Source: the human T2T-CHM13v2.0 reference genome, Homo sapiens. Taken from it: a stretch of 64,000 bases of DNA. The DNA is taken from assembly GCF_009914755.1 (NCBI RefSeq), contig NC_060946.1; one strand, written 5' to 3'. Numbering within the stretch: position 1 is the stretch's first letter; each line of letters starts with the position of its first letter. Shown piece after piece: positions 45,258 to 62,200 of this stretch. Below the pieces are notes generated by a model. It was not told the DNA's origin. It did not search any database and was given only the letters and a program-made list of their open reading frames with translations. Made by a program: the position numbers and the translations under genes.

Positions 45258-48200
45258 AATATACTGTACCTAAAATATGAAAGTACATCAAATATATATT
45301 TTATTCTGTACATAAAATATCAAAGTACACCAGATATATATTCTATAGTGTACATAAAATATCAAAGTACCCAAACTATACATTATATACTGTAAATAAA
45401 ATATGAAATTACATCAAATATATTTTATATTAGGTACATAAAATATGAAAGTACATCAAATATAGATTATATACTGTACATTAAATACCAAATTACCCCA
45501 AATATATATTTTATACTCTACATGAAATATCAAAGTTCACAAACTATATATTATATACTGTACATATAATATCAAAGTACCCAAGGTATATATTCTATAC
45601 TGTACAAAAAATAACAAAGTACCAAAAGCATGTATTATATACTGTACCTAAAATATGAAAGTACATCAAATATATATTTTATTCTGTACATAAAATATCA
45701 AAGTACACCAGATATATATTCTATAGTGTACATAAAATATCAAAGTACCCAAACTATACATTATATACTGTAAATAAAATATGAAATTACATCAAATATA
45801 TTTTATATTAGGTACATAAAATATGAAAGTACATCAAATATATATTTTATTCTGTACATAAAATATCAAAGTACACCAGATATATATTCTATAGTGTACA
45901 TAAAATATCAAAGTACCCAAACTATACATTATATACTGTACATAAAATATGAAATTACATCAAATATATATTATATTAGGTACATAAAATATGAAAGTAC
46001 ATGAAATATAGATTATATACTGTACATAAAATATCAAGGTACCCCAAGTATATATTATATACTCTACATGAAATATCAAAGTTCACAAACTATATATTAT
46101 ATACTGTACATGAAATATCAAAGTACCCAAGGTATATATTCTATACTGTACAAAAAATAACAAAGTACCAAAAGCATGTATTATATACTGTACCTAAAAT
46201 ATGAAAGTACATCAAATATATATTTTATTCTGTACATAAAATATCAAAGTACACCAGATATATATTCTATAGTGTACATAAAATATCAAAGTACCCAAAC
46301 TATACATTATATACTGTAAATAAAATATGAAATTACATCAAATATATTTTATATTAGGTACATAAAATATGAAAGTACATCAAATATAGATTATATACTG
46401 TACATTAAATACCAAAGTACCCCAAATATATATTTTATACTGTACATGAAATATCAAAATACACAAACTATATATTATATACTGTACATAAAATATCAAA
46501 GTACCCAAGGTATATATTCTATACTGTACAAAAAATAACAAAGTACCAAAAGCATGTATAATATAATGTACATAAAATATGAAAGTACATCAAATATATA
46601 TTTTATTCTGTACATAAAATATCAAAGTACACCAGATATATATTCTATAGTGTACATAAAATATCAAAGTACCCAAACTATACATTATATACTGTACATA
46701 AAATATGAAATTACATCAAATATATTTTATATTAGGTACATAAAATATGAAAGTACATCAAATATAGATTATATACTGTACATTAAATACCAAATTACCC
46801 CAAATATATATTTTATACTGTACATGAAATATCAAATTTCCCAAACTATATATTATATACTGTACATATAATATCAAAGTACCCAAGGTATATATTCTAT
46901 ACTGTACAAAAAATAACAAAGTACCAAAAGCATGTATTATATACTGTATCTAAAATATGAGGAGTACATCAAATACATATTTTATTCTGTACATAAAATA
47001 ACAAAGTACACCAGATATATATTCTATAGTGTACATAAAATATCAAAGTACCCAAACTATACATTATATACTGTACATAAAATATGAAATTACATCAAAT
47101 ATATATTATATTAGGTACATAAAATATGAAAGTACATGAAATATAGATTATATACTGTACATAAAATATCAAGGTACCCCAAATATATATTATATACTCT
47201 ACATGAAATATCAAAGTTCTCAAACTATATATTATATACTGTACATAAAATATCAAAGTACCCAAGGTATATATTCTATACTGTACAAAAAATAACAAAG
47301 TACCAAAAGCATGTATAATATACTGTACCTAAAATATGAAAGTACATCAAATATATATTTTATTCTGTACATAAAATATCAAAGTACACCAGATATATAT
47401 TCTATAGTGTACATAAAATATCAAAGTACCCAAACTATACATTATATACTGTAAATAAAATATGAAATTACATCAAATATATTTTATATTAGGTACATAA
47501 AACATGAAAGTACATCAAATATAGATTATATACTGTACATTAAATACCAAAGTACCCCAAATATATATTTTATACTGTACATGAAATATCAAAATACACA
47601 AACTATATATTATATACTGTACATAAAATATCAAAGTACCCAAGGTATATATTCTATACTGTACAAAAAATAACAAAGTACCAAAAGCATGTATAATATA
47701 CTGTACCTAAAATATGAAAGTACATCAAATATATATTTTATTCTGTACATAAAATATCAAAGTACACCAGATATATATTCTATAGTGTACATAAAATATC
47801 AAAGTACCCAAACTATACATTATATACTGTACATAAAATATGAAATTACATCAAATATATTTTATATTAGGTACATAAAATATGAAAGTACATCAAATAT
47901 AGATTATATACTGTACATTAAATACCAAAGTACCCCAAATGTATATTTTATACTGTACATGAAATATCAAAGTTCACAAACTATATATTATATACTGTAC
48001 ATAAAATATCAAAGTACCCAAGGTATATATTCTATACTGTACAAAAAATAACAAAGTATCAAAAGCATGTATTATATACTGTACCTAAAATATGAAAATA
48101 CATCAAATATATATTTTATTCTGTACATAAAATATCAAAGTACACCAGATATATATTCTATAGTGTACATAAAATATCAAAGTACCCAAACTATACATTA

Positions 48201-51200
48201 TATACTGTAAATAAAATATGAAATTACATCAAATATATTTTATATTAGGTACATAAAATATGAAAGTACATCAAATATAGATTATATACTGTACATTAAA
48301 TACGAAAGTACCCCAAATATATATTTTATACTGTACATGAAATATCAAAGTTCACAAACTATATATTATATACTGTACATAAATTATCAAAGTACCCAAG
48401 GTATATATTCTATACTGTACAAAAAATATCAAAGTACCCAAAGCATGTATTATATACTGTACATAAAATATGAAAGTACATCAAATATATATTTTATTCT
48501 GTACATAAAACATCAAAGTACACCAGATATATATTCTATAGTGTACATAAAATATCAAAGTACCCAAACTATACATTATATAGTGTACATAAAATATGAA
48601 ATTATATCAAATATATATTATATTAGGTACATAATATATGAAAGTACATCAAATATAGATTATATACTGTACATAAAATATCAAAGTACCCCAAATATAA
48701 ATTATATACTCTACATGAAATATCAAAGTTCACACACTATATATTATATACTGTACAAAAATATCAAAGTACCCAAGGTATATATTCTATACTGTACAAA
48801 AAATATCAAAATACCCAAAGCATGTATTATATACTGTACATAAAATATGAAAGTACATCAAATATATATTTTATCCTCTACATAAAATATCAAAGTACAC
48901 CAGATATATATTCTATAGTGTACATAAAATATCAAAGTACCCAAACTATACATTATATACTGTACATAAAATATGAAATTACATCAAATATATTTTATAT
49001 TAGGTACATAAAATATGAAAGTACATCAAATATAGATTATATACTGTACATTAAATACCAAAGTACCCCAAATATATATTTTATACTGTACATGAAATAT
49101 CAGAGTTCACAAACTATATATTATATACTGTACATATAATATCAAAGTACTCAAGGTATATATTCTATACTGTACAAAAAATAACAAAGTACCAAAAGCA
49201 TGTATTATATACTGTACCTAAAATATGAAAATACATCAAATATATATTTTATTCTGTACATAAAATAACAAAGTACACCAGATATATATTCTATAGTGTA
49301 CATAAAATATCAAAATACCCAAACTATACATTACATACTGTACATAAAATATGAAATTACATCAAATATATATTATATTAGGTACATAAAATATGAAAGT
49401 ACATGAAATATAGATTATATACTGTACATAAAATATCAAGGTACCCCAAATATATATTATATACTCTACATGAAATATCAAAGTTCACAAACTATATATT
49501 ATATACTGTACATATAATATCAAAGTACCCAAGGTATATATTCTATACTGTACAAAAAATAACAAAGTACCAAAAGCATGTATTATATACTGTACCTAAA
49601 ATATGAAAGTACATCAAATATATATTTTATTCTGTACATAAAATATCAAAGTACACCAGATATATATTCTATAGTGTACATAAAATATCAAAGTACCCAA
49701 ACTATACATTATATACTGTAAATAAAATATGAAATTACATCAAATATATTTTATATTAGGTACATAAAATATGAAAGTACATCAAATATAGATTATATAC
49801 TGTACATTAAATACCAAATTACCCCAAATATATATTTTATACTGTACATGAAATATCAAATTTCACAAACTATATATTATATACTGTACATATAATATCA
49901 AAGTACCCAAGGTATATATTCTATACTGTACAAAAAATAACAAAGTACCAAAAGCATGTATTATATACTGTACCTAAAATATGAAAGTACATCAAATATA
50001 TATTTTATTCTGTACATAAAATATCAAAGTACACCAGATATATATTCTATAGTGTACATAAAATATCAAAGTACCCAAACTATACATTAAATACTGTACA
50101 TAAAATATGAAATTACATCAAATATATTTTATATTAGGTACATAAAATATGAAAGTACATCAAATATAGATTATATACTGTACATTAAATACCAAAGTAC
50201 CCCAAATATATATTTTATACTGTACATGAAATATCAGAGTTCACAAACTATATATTATATACTGTACATATAATATCAAAATACCCAAGGTATATATTCT
50301 ATACTGTACAAAAAATAACAAAGTACCAAAAGCATGTATTATATACTGTACCTAAAATATGAAAGTACATCAAATATATATTTTATTCTGTACATAAAAT
50401 ATCAAAGTACACCAGATATATATTCTATAGTGTACATAAAATATCAAAGTACCCAAACTATACATTATATACTGTAAATAAAATATGAAATTACATCAAA
50501 TATATTTTATATTAGGTACATAAAATATGAAAGTACATCAAATATATATTTTATTCTGTACATAATATATCAAAGTACACCAGATATATATTCTATAGTG
50601 TACATAAAATATCAAAGTACCCAAACTATACATTATATACTGTACATAAAATATGAAATTACATCAAATATATATTATATTAGGTACATAAAATATGAAA
50701 GTACATGAAATATAGATTATATACTGTACATAAAATATCAAGGTACCCCAAATATATATTACATACTCTACATGAAATATCAAAGTTCACAAACTATATA
50801 TTATATACTGTACATATAATATCAAAGTACCCAAGGTATATATTCTATACTGTACAAAAAATAACAAAGTACCAAAAGCATGTATTATATACTGTACCTA
50901 AAATATGAAAGTACATCAAATATATATTTTATTCTGTACATAAAATATCAAAGTACACCAGATATATATTCTATAGTGTACATAAAATATCAAAGTACCC
51001 AAACTATACATTATATACTGTAAATAAAATATGAAGTTACATCAAATATATTTTATATTAGGTACATAAAATATGAAAGTACATCAAATATAGATTATAT
51101 ACTGTACATTAAATACCAAAGTACCCCAAATATATATTTTATACTGTACATGAAATATCAAAATACACAAACTATATATTATATACTGTACATAAAATAT

Positions 51201-54200
51201 CAAAGTACCCAAGGTATATATTCTATACTGTACAAAAAATAACAAAGTACCAAAAGCATGTATAATATACTGTACATAAAATATGAAAGTACATCAAATA
51301 TATATTTTATTCTGTACATAAAATATCAAAGTACACCAGATATATATTCTATAGTGTACATAAAACATCAAAGTACCCAAACTATACATTATATACTGTA
51401 CATAAAATATGAAATTACATCAAATATATTTTATATTAGGTACATAAAATATGAAAGTACATCAAATATAGATTATATACTGTACATTAAATACCAAAGT
51501 ACCCCAAACATATATTTTATACTGTACATGAAATATCAAAATACACTAACTATATATTATATACTGTACATAAAATATCAAAGTACCCAAGGTATATATT
51601 CTATACTGTACAAAAAATAACAAAGTACCAAAAGCATGTATAATATACTGTACATAAAATATGAAAGTACATCAAATATATATTTTATTCTGTACATAAA
51701 ATATCAAAGTACACCAGATATATATTCTATAGTGTACATAAAATATCAAAGTACCCAAACTATACATTATATACTGTAAATAAAATATGAAATTACATCA
51801 AATATATTTTATATTAGGTACATAAAATATGAAAGTACATCAAATATAGATTATATACTGTACATTAAATACCAAATTACCCCAAATATATATTTTATAC
51901 TGTACATGAAATATCAAATTTCACAAACTATATATTATATGCTGTACATATAATGTCAAAGTACCCAAGGTATATATTCTATACTGTACAAAAAATAACA
52001 AAGTACCAAAAGCATGTATTATATACTGTACCTAAAATATGAAAGTACATCAAATATATATTTTATTCTGTACATAAAATATCAAAGTACACCAGATATA
52101 TATTCTATAGTGTACATAAAATATCAAAGTACCCAAACTATACATTATATACTGTAAATAAAATATGAAATTACATCAAATATATTTTATATTAGGTACA
52201 TAAAATATGAAAGTACATCAAATATAGATTATATACTGTACAATAAATACCAAATTACCCCAAATATATATTTTATACTGTACATGAAATATCAAATTTC
52301 ACAAACTATATATTATATACTGTACATATAATATCAAAGTACCCAAGGTATATATTCTATACTGTACAAAAAATAACAAAGTACCAAAAGCATGTATTAT
52401 ATACTGTACCTAAAATATGAAAGTACATCAAATATATATTTTATTCTGTACATAAAATATCAAAGTACACCAGATATATATTCTATAGTGTACATAAAAT
52501 ATCAAAGTACCCAAACTATACATTATATACTGTAAATAAAATATGAAATTACATCAAATATATTTTATATTAGGTACATAAAATATGAAAGTACATCAAA
52601 TATATATTTTATTCTGTACATAAAATATCAAAGTACACCAGATATATATTCTATAGTGTACATAAAATATCAAAGTACCCAAACTATACATTATATACTG
52701 TAAATAAAATATGAAATTACATCAAATATATTTTATATTAGGTACATAAAATATGAAAGTACATCAAATATAGATTATATACTGTACATTAAATACGAAA
52801 GTACCCCAAATATATATTTTATACTGTACATGAAATATCAAAGTTCACTAACTATATATTATATACTGTACATAAATTATCAAAGTACCCAAGGTATATA
52901 TTCTATACTGTACAAAAAATATCAAAGTACCCAAAGCATGTATTATATACTGTACATAAAATATGAAAGTACATCAAATATATATTTTATTCTGTACATA
53001 AAACATCAAAGTACACCAGATATATATTCTATAGTGTACATAAAATATCAAAGTACCCAAACTATACATTATATAGTGTACATAAAATATGAAATTATAT
53101 CAAATATATATTATATTAGGTACATAATATATGAAAGTACATCAAATATAGATTATATACTGTACATAAAATATCAAAGTACCCCAAATATAAATTATAT
53201 ACTCTACATGAAATATCAAAGTTCACAAACTATATATTATATACTGTACAAAAATATCAAAGTACCCAAGGTATATATTCTATACTGTACAAAAAATATC
53301 AAAATACCCAAAGCATGTATTATATACTGTACATAAAATATGAAAGTACATCAAATATATATTTTATCCTCTACATAAAATATCAAAGTACACCAGATAT
53401 ATATTCTATAGTGTACATAAAATATCAAAGTACCCAAACTATACATTATATACTGTACATAAAATATGAAATTACATCAAATATATTTTATATTAGGTAC
53501 ATAAAATATGAAAGTACATGAAATATAGATTATATACTGTACATTAAATACCAAAGTACCCCAAATATATATTTTATACTGTACATGAAATATCAGAGTT
53601 CACAAACTATATATTATATACTGTACATATAATATCAAAGTACGCAAGGTATATATTCTATACTGTACAAAAAATAACAAAGTACCAAAAGCATGTATTA
53701 TATACTGTACCTAAAATATGAAAATACATCAAATATATATTTTATTCTGTACATAAAATATCAAAGTACACCAGATATATATTCTATAGTGTACATAAAA
53801 TATCAAAGTACCCAAACTATACATTATATACTGTACATAAAATATGAAATTACATCAAATATATTTTATATTAGGTACATAAAATATGAAAGTACATCAA
53901 ATATAGATTATATACTGTACATTAAATACCAAAGTACCCCAAATATATATTTTATACTGTACATGAAATATCAAGGTTCACAAACTATATATTATATACT
54001 GTACATATAATATCAAAGTACCCAAGGTATATATTCTATACTGTACAAAAAATAACAAAGTACCAAAAGCATGTATTATATACTGTACCTAAAATATGAA
54101 AATACATCAAATATATATTTTATTCTGTACATAAAATATCAAAGTACACCAGATATATATTCTATAGTGTACATAAAATATCAAAGTACCCAAACTATAC

Positions 54201-57200
54201 ATTACATACTGTACATAAAATATGAAATTACATCAAATATATTTTATATTAGGTACATAAAATATGAAAGTACATCAAATATAGATTATATACTGTACAT
54301 TAAATACCAAAGTACCCCAAATATATATTTTATACTGTACATGAAATATCAAAATACACAAACTATATATTATATACTGTACATAAAATATCAAAGTACA
54401 CCAGATATATATTCTATAGTGTACATAAAATATCAAAGTACCCAAACTATACATTATATACTGTAAATAAAATATGAAATTACATCAAATATATTTTATA
54501 TTAGGTACATAAAATATGAAAGTACATCAAATATATATTTTATTCTGTACATAAAATATCAAAGTACACCAGATATATATTCTATAGTGTACATAAAATA
54601 TCAAAGTACACAAACTATACATTACATACTGTACATAAAATATGAAATTACATCAAATATATATTATATTAGGTACATAAAATATGAAAGTACATGAAAT
54701 ATAGATTATATACTGTACATAAAATATCAAGGTACCCCAAATATATATTATATACTCTACATGAAATATCAAAGTTCACAAACTATATTTTATATACTGT
54801 ACATATAATATCAAAGTACCCAAGGTATATATTCTATACTGTACAAAAAATAACAAAGTACCAAAAGCATGTATTATATACTGTACCTAAAATATGAAAG
54901 TACATCAAATATATATTTTATTCTGTACATAAAATATCAAAGTACACCAGATATATATTCTATAGTGTACATAAAATATAAAAGTACCCAAACTATACAT
55001 TATATACTGTAAATAAAATATGAAATTACATCAAATATATTTTATATTAGGTACATAAAACATGAAAGTACATCAAATATAGATTATATACTGTACATTA
55101 AATACCAAAGTACCCCAAATATATATTTTATACTGTACATGAAATATCAAAATACACAAACTATATATTATATACTGTACATAAAATAACAAAGTACCCA
55201 AGGTATATATTCTATACTGTACAAAAAATAACAAAGTACCAAAAGCATGTATAATATACTGTACATAAAATATGAAAGTACATCAAATATATATTTTATT
55301 CTGTACATAAAACATCAAAGTACACCAGATATATATTCTATAGTGTACATAAAATATCAAAGTACCCAAACTATACATTATATAGTGTACATAAAATATG
55401 AAATTATATCAAATATATATTATATTAGGTACATAATATATGAAAGTACATCAAATATAGATTATATACTGTACATAAAATATCAAAGTACCCCAAATAT
55501 AAATTATATACTCTACATGAAATATCAAAGTTCACAAACTATATATTATATACTGTACAAAAATATCAAAGTACCCAAGGTATATATTCTATACTGTACA
55601 AAAAATATCAAAATACCCAAAGCATGTATTATATACTGTACATAAAATATGAAAGTACATCAAATATATATTTTATCCTCTACATAAAATATCAAAGTAC
55701 ACCAGATATATATTCTATAGTGTACATAAAATATCAAAGTACCCAAACTATACATTATATACTGTACATAAAATATGAAATTACATCAAATATATTTTAT
55801 ATTAGGTACATAAAATATGAAAGTACATGAAATATAGATTATATACTGTACATTAAATACCAAAGTACCCCAAATATATATTTTATACTGTACATGAAAT
55901 ATCAGAGTTCACAAACTATATATTATATACTGTACATATAATATCAAAGTACGCAAGGTATATATTCTATACTGTACAAAAAATAACAAAGTACCAAAAG
56001 CATGTATTATATACTGTACCTAAAATATGAAAATACATCAAATATATATTTTATTCTGTACATAAAATATCAAAGTACACCAGATATATATTCTATAGTG
56101 TACATAAAATATCAAAGTACCCAAACTATACATTATATACTGTAAATAAAATATGAAATTACATCAAATATATTTTATATTAGGTACATAAAATATGAAA
56201 GTACATCAAATATAGATTATATACTGTACATTAAATACCAAAGTACCCCAAATATATATTTTATACTGTACATGAAATATCAAAATACACAAACTATATA
56301 TTATATACTGTACATAAAATATCAAAGTACCCAAGGTATATATTCTATACTGTACAAAAAATAACAAAGTACCAAAAGCATGTATAATATACTGTACCTA
56401 AAATATGAAAGTACATCAAATATATATTTTATTCTGTACATAAAATATCAAAGTACACCAGATATATATTCTATAGTGTACATAAAATATCAAAGTACCC
56501 AAACTATACATTATATACTGTACATAAAATATGAAATTACATCAAATATATTTTATATTAGGTACATAAAATATGAAAGTACATCAAATATAGATTATAT
56601 ACTGTACATTAAATACCAAAGTACCCCAAATATATATTTTATACTGTACATGAAATATCAAAATACACTAACTATATATTTTATACTGTACATAAAATAT
56701 CAAAGTACCCAAGGTATATATTCTATACTGTACAAAAAATAACAAAGTACCAAAAGCATGTATAATATACTGTACATAAAATATGAAAGTACATCAAATA
56801 TATATTTTATTCTGTACATAAAATATCAAAGTACACCAGATATATATTCTATAGTGTACATAAAATATCAAAGTACCCAAACTATACATTATATACTGTA
56901 AATAAAATATGAAATTACATCAAATATATTTTATATTAGGTACATAAAATATGAAAGTACATCAAATATAGATTATATACTGTACATTAAATACCAAATT
57001 ACCCCAAATATATATTTTATACTGTACATGAAATATCAAATTTCACAAACTATATATTATATGCTGTACATATAATATCAAAGTACCCAAGGTATATATT
57101 CTATACTGTACAAAAAATAACAAAGTACCAAAAGCATGTATTATATACTGTACCTAAAATATGAAAGTACATCAAATATATATTTTATTCTGTACATAAA

Positions 57201-59219
57201 ATATCAAAGTACACCAGATATATATTCTATAGTGTACATAAAATATCAAAGTACCCAAACTATACATTATATACTGTAAATAAAATATGAAATTACATCA
57301 AATATATTTTATATTAGGTACATAAAATATGAAAGTACATCAAATATATATTTTATTCTGTACATAAAATATCAAAGTACACCAGATATGTATTCTATAG
57401 TGTACATAAAATATCAAGTTACCCAAACTATACATTATATACTGTAAATAAAATATGAAATTACATCAAATATATTTTATATTAGGTACATAAAATATGA
57501 AAGTACATCAAATATAGATTATATACTGTACATTAAATACGAAGGTACCCCAAATATATATTTTATACTGTACATGAAATATCAAAGTTCACAAACTATA
57601 TATTATATACTGTACATAAATTATCAAAGTACCCAAGGTATATATTCTATACTGTACAAAAAATATCAAAGTACCCAAAGCATGTATTATATACAGTACA
57701 TAAAATATGAAAGTACATCAAATATATATTTTATTCTGTACAAAAAACATCAAAGTACACCAGATATATATTCTATAGTGTACATAAAATATCAAAGTAC
57801 CCAAACTATACATTATATAGTGTACATAAAATATGAAATTATATCAAATATATATTATATTAGGTACATAATATATGAAAGTACATCAAATATAGATTAT
57901 ATACTGTACATAAAATATCAAAGTACCCCAAATATATATTATATACTCTACATGAAATATCAAAGTTCACAAACTATATATTATATACTGTACATAAAAT
58001 ATCAAAGTACCCAAGGTATATATTCTATACTGTACAAAAAATATCAAGGTACACAAAGCATGTATTATATACTGTACATAAAATATGAAAGTACATCAAA
58101 TATATATTTTATTCTGTACATAAAACATCAAAGTACACCAGATATATATTCTATAGTGTACATAAAATATAAAAGTACCCAAACTATACATTATATACTG
58201 TACATAAAATATGAAATTATATCAAATATATATTATATTAGGTACATAATATATGAAAGTACATCAAATATAGATTATATACTGTACATAAAATATCAAA
58301 GTACCCCAAATATATATTATATACTCTACATGAAATCTCAAAGTTCACAAACTATATATTATATACTGTACATAAAATATCAAAGTACCCAAGGTATATA
58401 TTCTATAGTGTACAAAAAATATCAAAATACCCAAAGCATGTATTATGTACTGTACATAAAATATGAAAGTACATCAAATATGTATTTTATTCTCTACATA
58501 AAATATCAAAGTACACCAGATATATATTCTATAGTGTACATAAAATATCAAAGTACCCAAACTATACATTATATACTGTACATAAAATATGAAATTACAT
58601 CAAATATATTTTATATTAGGTACATAAAATATGAAAGTACATCAAATATAGATTATATACTGTACATTAAATACCAAAGTACCCCAAATATATATTTTAT
58701 ACTGTACATGAAATATCAAAATACACAAACTATATATTATATACTGTACATAAAATATCAAACTACCCAAGGTATATATTCTATACTGTACAAAAAATAA
58801 CAAAGTACCAAAAGCATGTATAATATACTGTACATAAAATATGAAAGTACATCAAATATATATTTTATTCTGTACATAAAATATCAAAGTACACCAGATA
58901 TATATTCTATAGTGTACATAAAATATCAAAGTACCCAAACTATACATTATATACTGTACATAAAATATGAAATTACATCAAATATATTTTATATTAGGTA
59001 CATAAAATATGAAAGTACATCAAATATAGATTATATACTGTACATTAAATACCAAATTACCCCAAATATATATTTTATACTGTACATGAAATATCAAAAT
59101 ACACTAACTATATAGTATATACTGTACATAAAATATCAAAGTACCCAAGGTATATATTCTATACTGTACAAAAAATAACAAATTACCAAAAGCATGTATA
59201 ATATACTGTACATAAAATA

Positions 59220-62200
59220 TGAAAGTACATCAAATATATATTTTATTCTGTACATAAAATATCAAAGTACACCAGATATATATTCTATAGTGTACATAAA
59301 ATATCAAAGTACCCAAACTATACATTATATACTGTAAATAAAATATGAAATTACATCAAATATATTTTATATTAGGTACATAAAATATGAAAGTACATCA
59401 AATATATATTTTATTCTGTACATAAAATATCAAAGTACACCAGATATGTATTCTATAGTGTACATAAAATATAAAAGTACCCAAACTATACATTATATAC
59501 TGTACATAAAATATGAAATTATATCAAATATATATTATATTAGGTACATAATATATGAAAGTACATCAAATATAGATTATATACTGTACATAAAATATCA
59601 AAGTACCCCAAATATATATTATATACTCTACATGAAATATCAAAGTTCACAAACTATATATTATATACTGTACATAAAATATCAAAGTACCCAAGGTATA
59701 TATTCCATACTGTACAAAAAATATCAAAATACCCAAAGCATGTATTATATACTGTACATAAAATATGAAAGTACATCAAATATATATTTTATTCTGTACA
59801 TAAAATATCAAAGTACACCAGATATATATTCTATAGTGTACATAAAATATCAAAGTACCGAAACTATACATTATATACTGTACATAAAATATGAAATTAC
59901 ATCAAATATATTTTATATTAGGTACATAAAATATGAAAGTACATCAAATATAGATTATATACTGTACATTAAATACCAAAGTACCCCAAATATATATTTT
60001 ATACTGTACATGAAATATCAGAGTTCACAAACTATATATTATATACTGTACATATAATATCAAAGAACCCAAGGTATATATTCTATACTGTACAAAAAAT
60101 AACAAAGTACCAAAAGCATGTATTATATACTGTACCTAAAATATGAAAATACATCAAATATATATTTTATTCTGTACATAAAATATCAAAGTACACCAGA
60201 TATATATTCTATAGTGTACATAAAATATCAAAGTACCCAAGCTATACATTACATACTGTACATAAAATATGAAATTACATCAAATATATATTATATTAGG
60301 TACATAAAATATGAAAGTACATGAAATATAGATTATATACTGTACATAAAATATCAAGGTACCACAAATATATATTATATACTCTACATGAAATATCAAA
60401 GTTCACAAACTATATATTATATACTGTACATATAATATCAAAGTACCCAAGGTATATATTCTATACTGTACAAAAAATAACAAAGTACCAAAAGCATGTA
60501 TTATATACTGTACCTAAAATATGAAAGTACATCAAATATGTATTTTATTCTGTACATAAAATATCAAAGTACACCAGATATATATTCTATAGTGTACATA
60601 AAATATCAAAGTACCCAAACTATACATTATATCCTGTACATAAAATATGAAATTACATCAAATATATATTATATTAGGTACATAAAATATGAAAGTACAT
60701 GAAATATAGATTATATACTGTACATAAAATATCAAGGTACGCCAAATATATATTATATACTCTACATGAAATATCAAAGTTCTCAAACTATATATTATAT
60801 ACTGTACATAAAATATCAAAGTACCCAAGGTATATATTCTATACTGTACAAAAAATAACAAAGTACCAAAAGCATGTATAATATACTGTACATAAAATAT
60901 GAAAGTACATCAAATATATATTTTATTCTGTACATAAAATATCAAAGTACACCAGATATATATTCTATAGTGTACATAAAATATCAAAGTACCCAAACTA
61001 TACATTATATACTGTAAATAAAATATGAAATTACATCAAATATATTTTATATTAGGTACATAAAATATGAAATTACATCAAATATATATTTTATTCTGTA
61101 CATAAATTATCAAACTACACCAGATATATATTCTATAGTGTACATAAAATATCAAAGTACCCAAACTATACATTATATACTGTACATAAAATATGAAATT
61201 ACATCAAATATATTTTATATTAGGTACATAAAATATGAAAGTACATCAAATATAGATTATATACTGTACATTAAATACCAAAGTACCCCAAATATATATT
61301 TTATACTGTACATGAAATATCAAAGTTCACAAACTATATATTATATACTGTACATATAATATCAAAGTACCCAAGGTATATATTCTATACTGTACAAAAA
61401 ATAACAAAGTACCAAAAGCATGTATTATATACTGTACCTAAAATATGAAAGTACATCAAATATATATTTTATTCTGTACATAAAATATCAAAGTACACCA
61501 GATATATATTCTATAGTGTACATAAAATATCAAAGTACCCAAACTATACATTATATACTGTACATAAAATATGAAATTACATCAAATATATTTTATATTA
61601 GGTACATAAAATATGAAAGTACATCAAATATAGATTATATACTGTACATTAAATACCAAAGTACCCCAAATATATATTTTATACTGTACATGAAATATCA
61701 AAGTTCACAAACTATATATTATATACTGTACATATAATATCAAAGTACCCAAGGTATATATTCTATACTGTACAAAAAATAACAAAGTACCAAAAGCATG
61801 TATTATATACTGTACCTAAAATATGAAAGTACATCAAATATATATTTTATTCTGTACATAAAATATCAAAGTACACCAGATATATATTCTATAGTGTACA
61901 TAAAATATCAAAGTACCCAAACTATACATTATATACTGTAAATAAAATATGAAATTACATCAAATATATTTTATATTAGGTACATAAAATATGAAAGTAC
62001 ATCAAATATATATTTTATTCTGTACATAAAATATCAAAGTACACCAGATATGTATTCTATAGTGTACATAAAATATAAAAGTACCCAAACTATACATTAT
62101 ATACTGTACATAAAATATGAAATTATATCAAATATATATTATATTAGGTACATAATATATGAAAGTACATCAAATATAGATTATATACTGTACATAAAAT

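Noticed and set aside
40711-60861. Minus-strand ORFs (40711, 42390, 44280, 47095, 60658)
   Set aside because: They are chance loss of stops in one HOR variant. The array orientation does not change, so they do not indicate an inversion or a gene.
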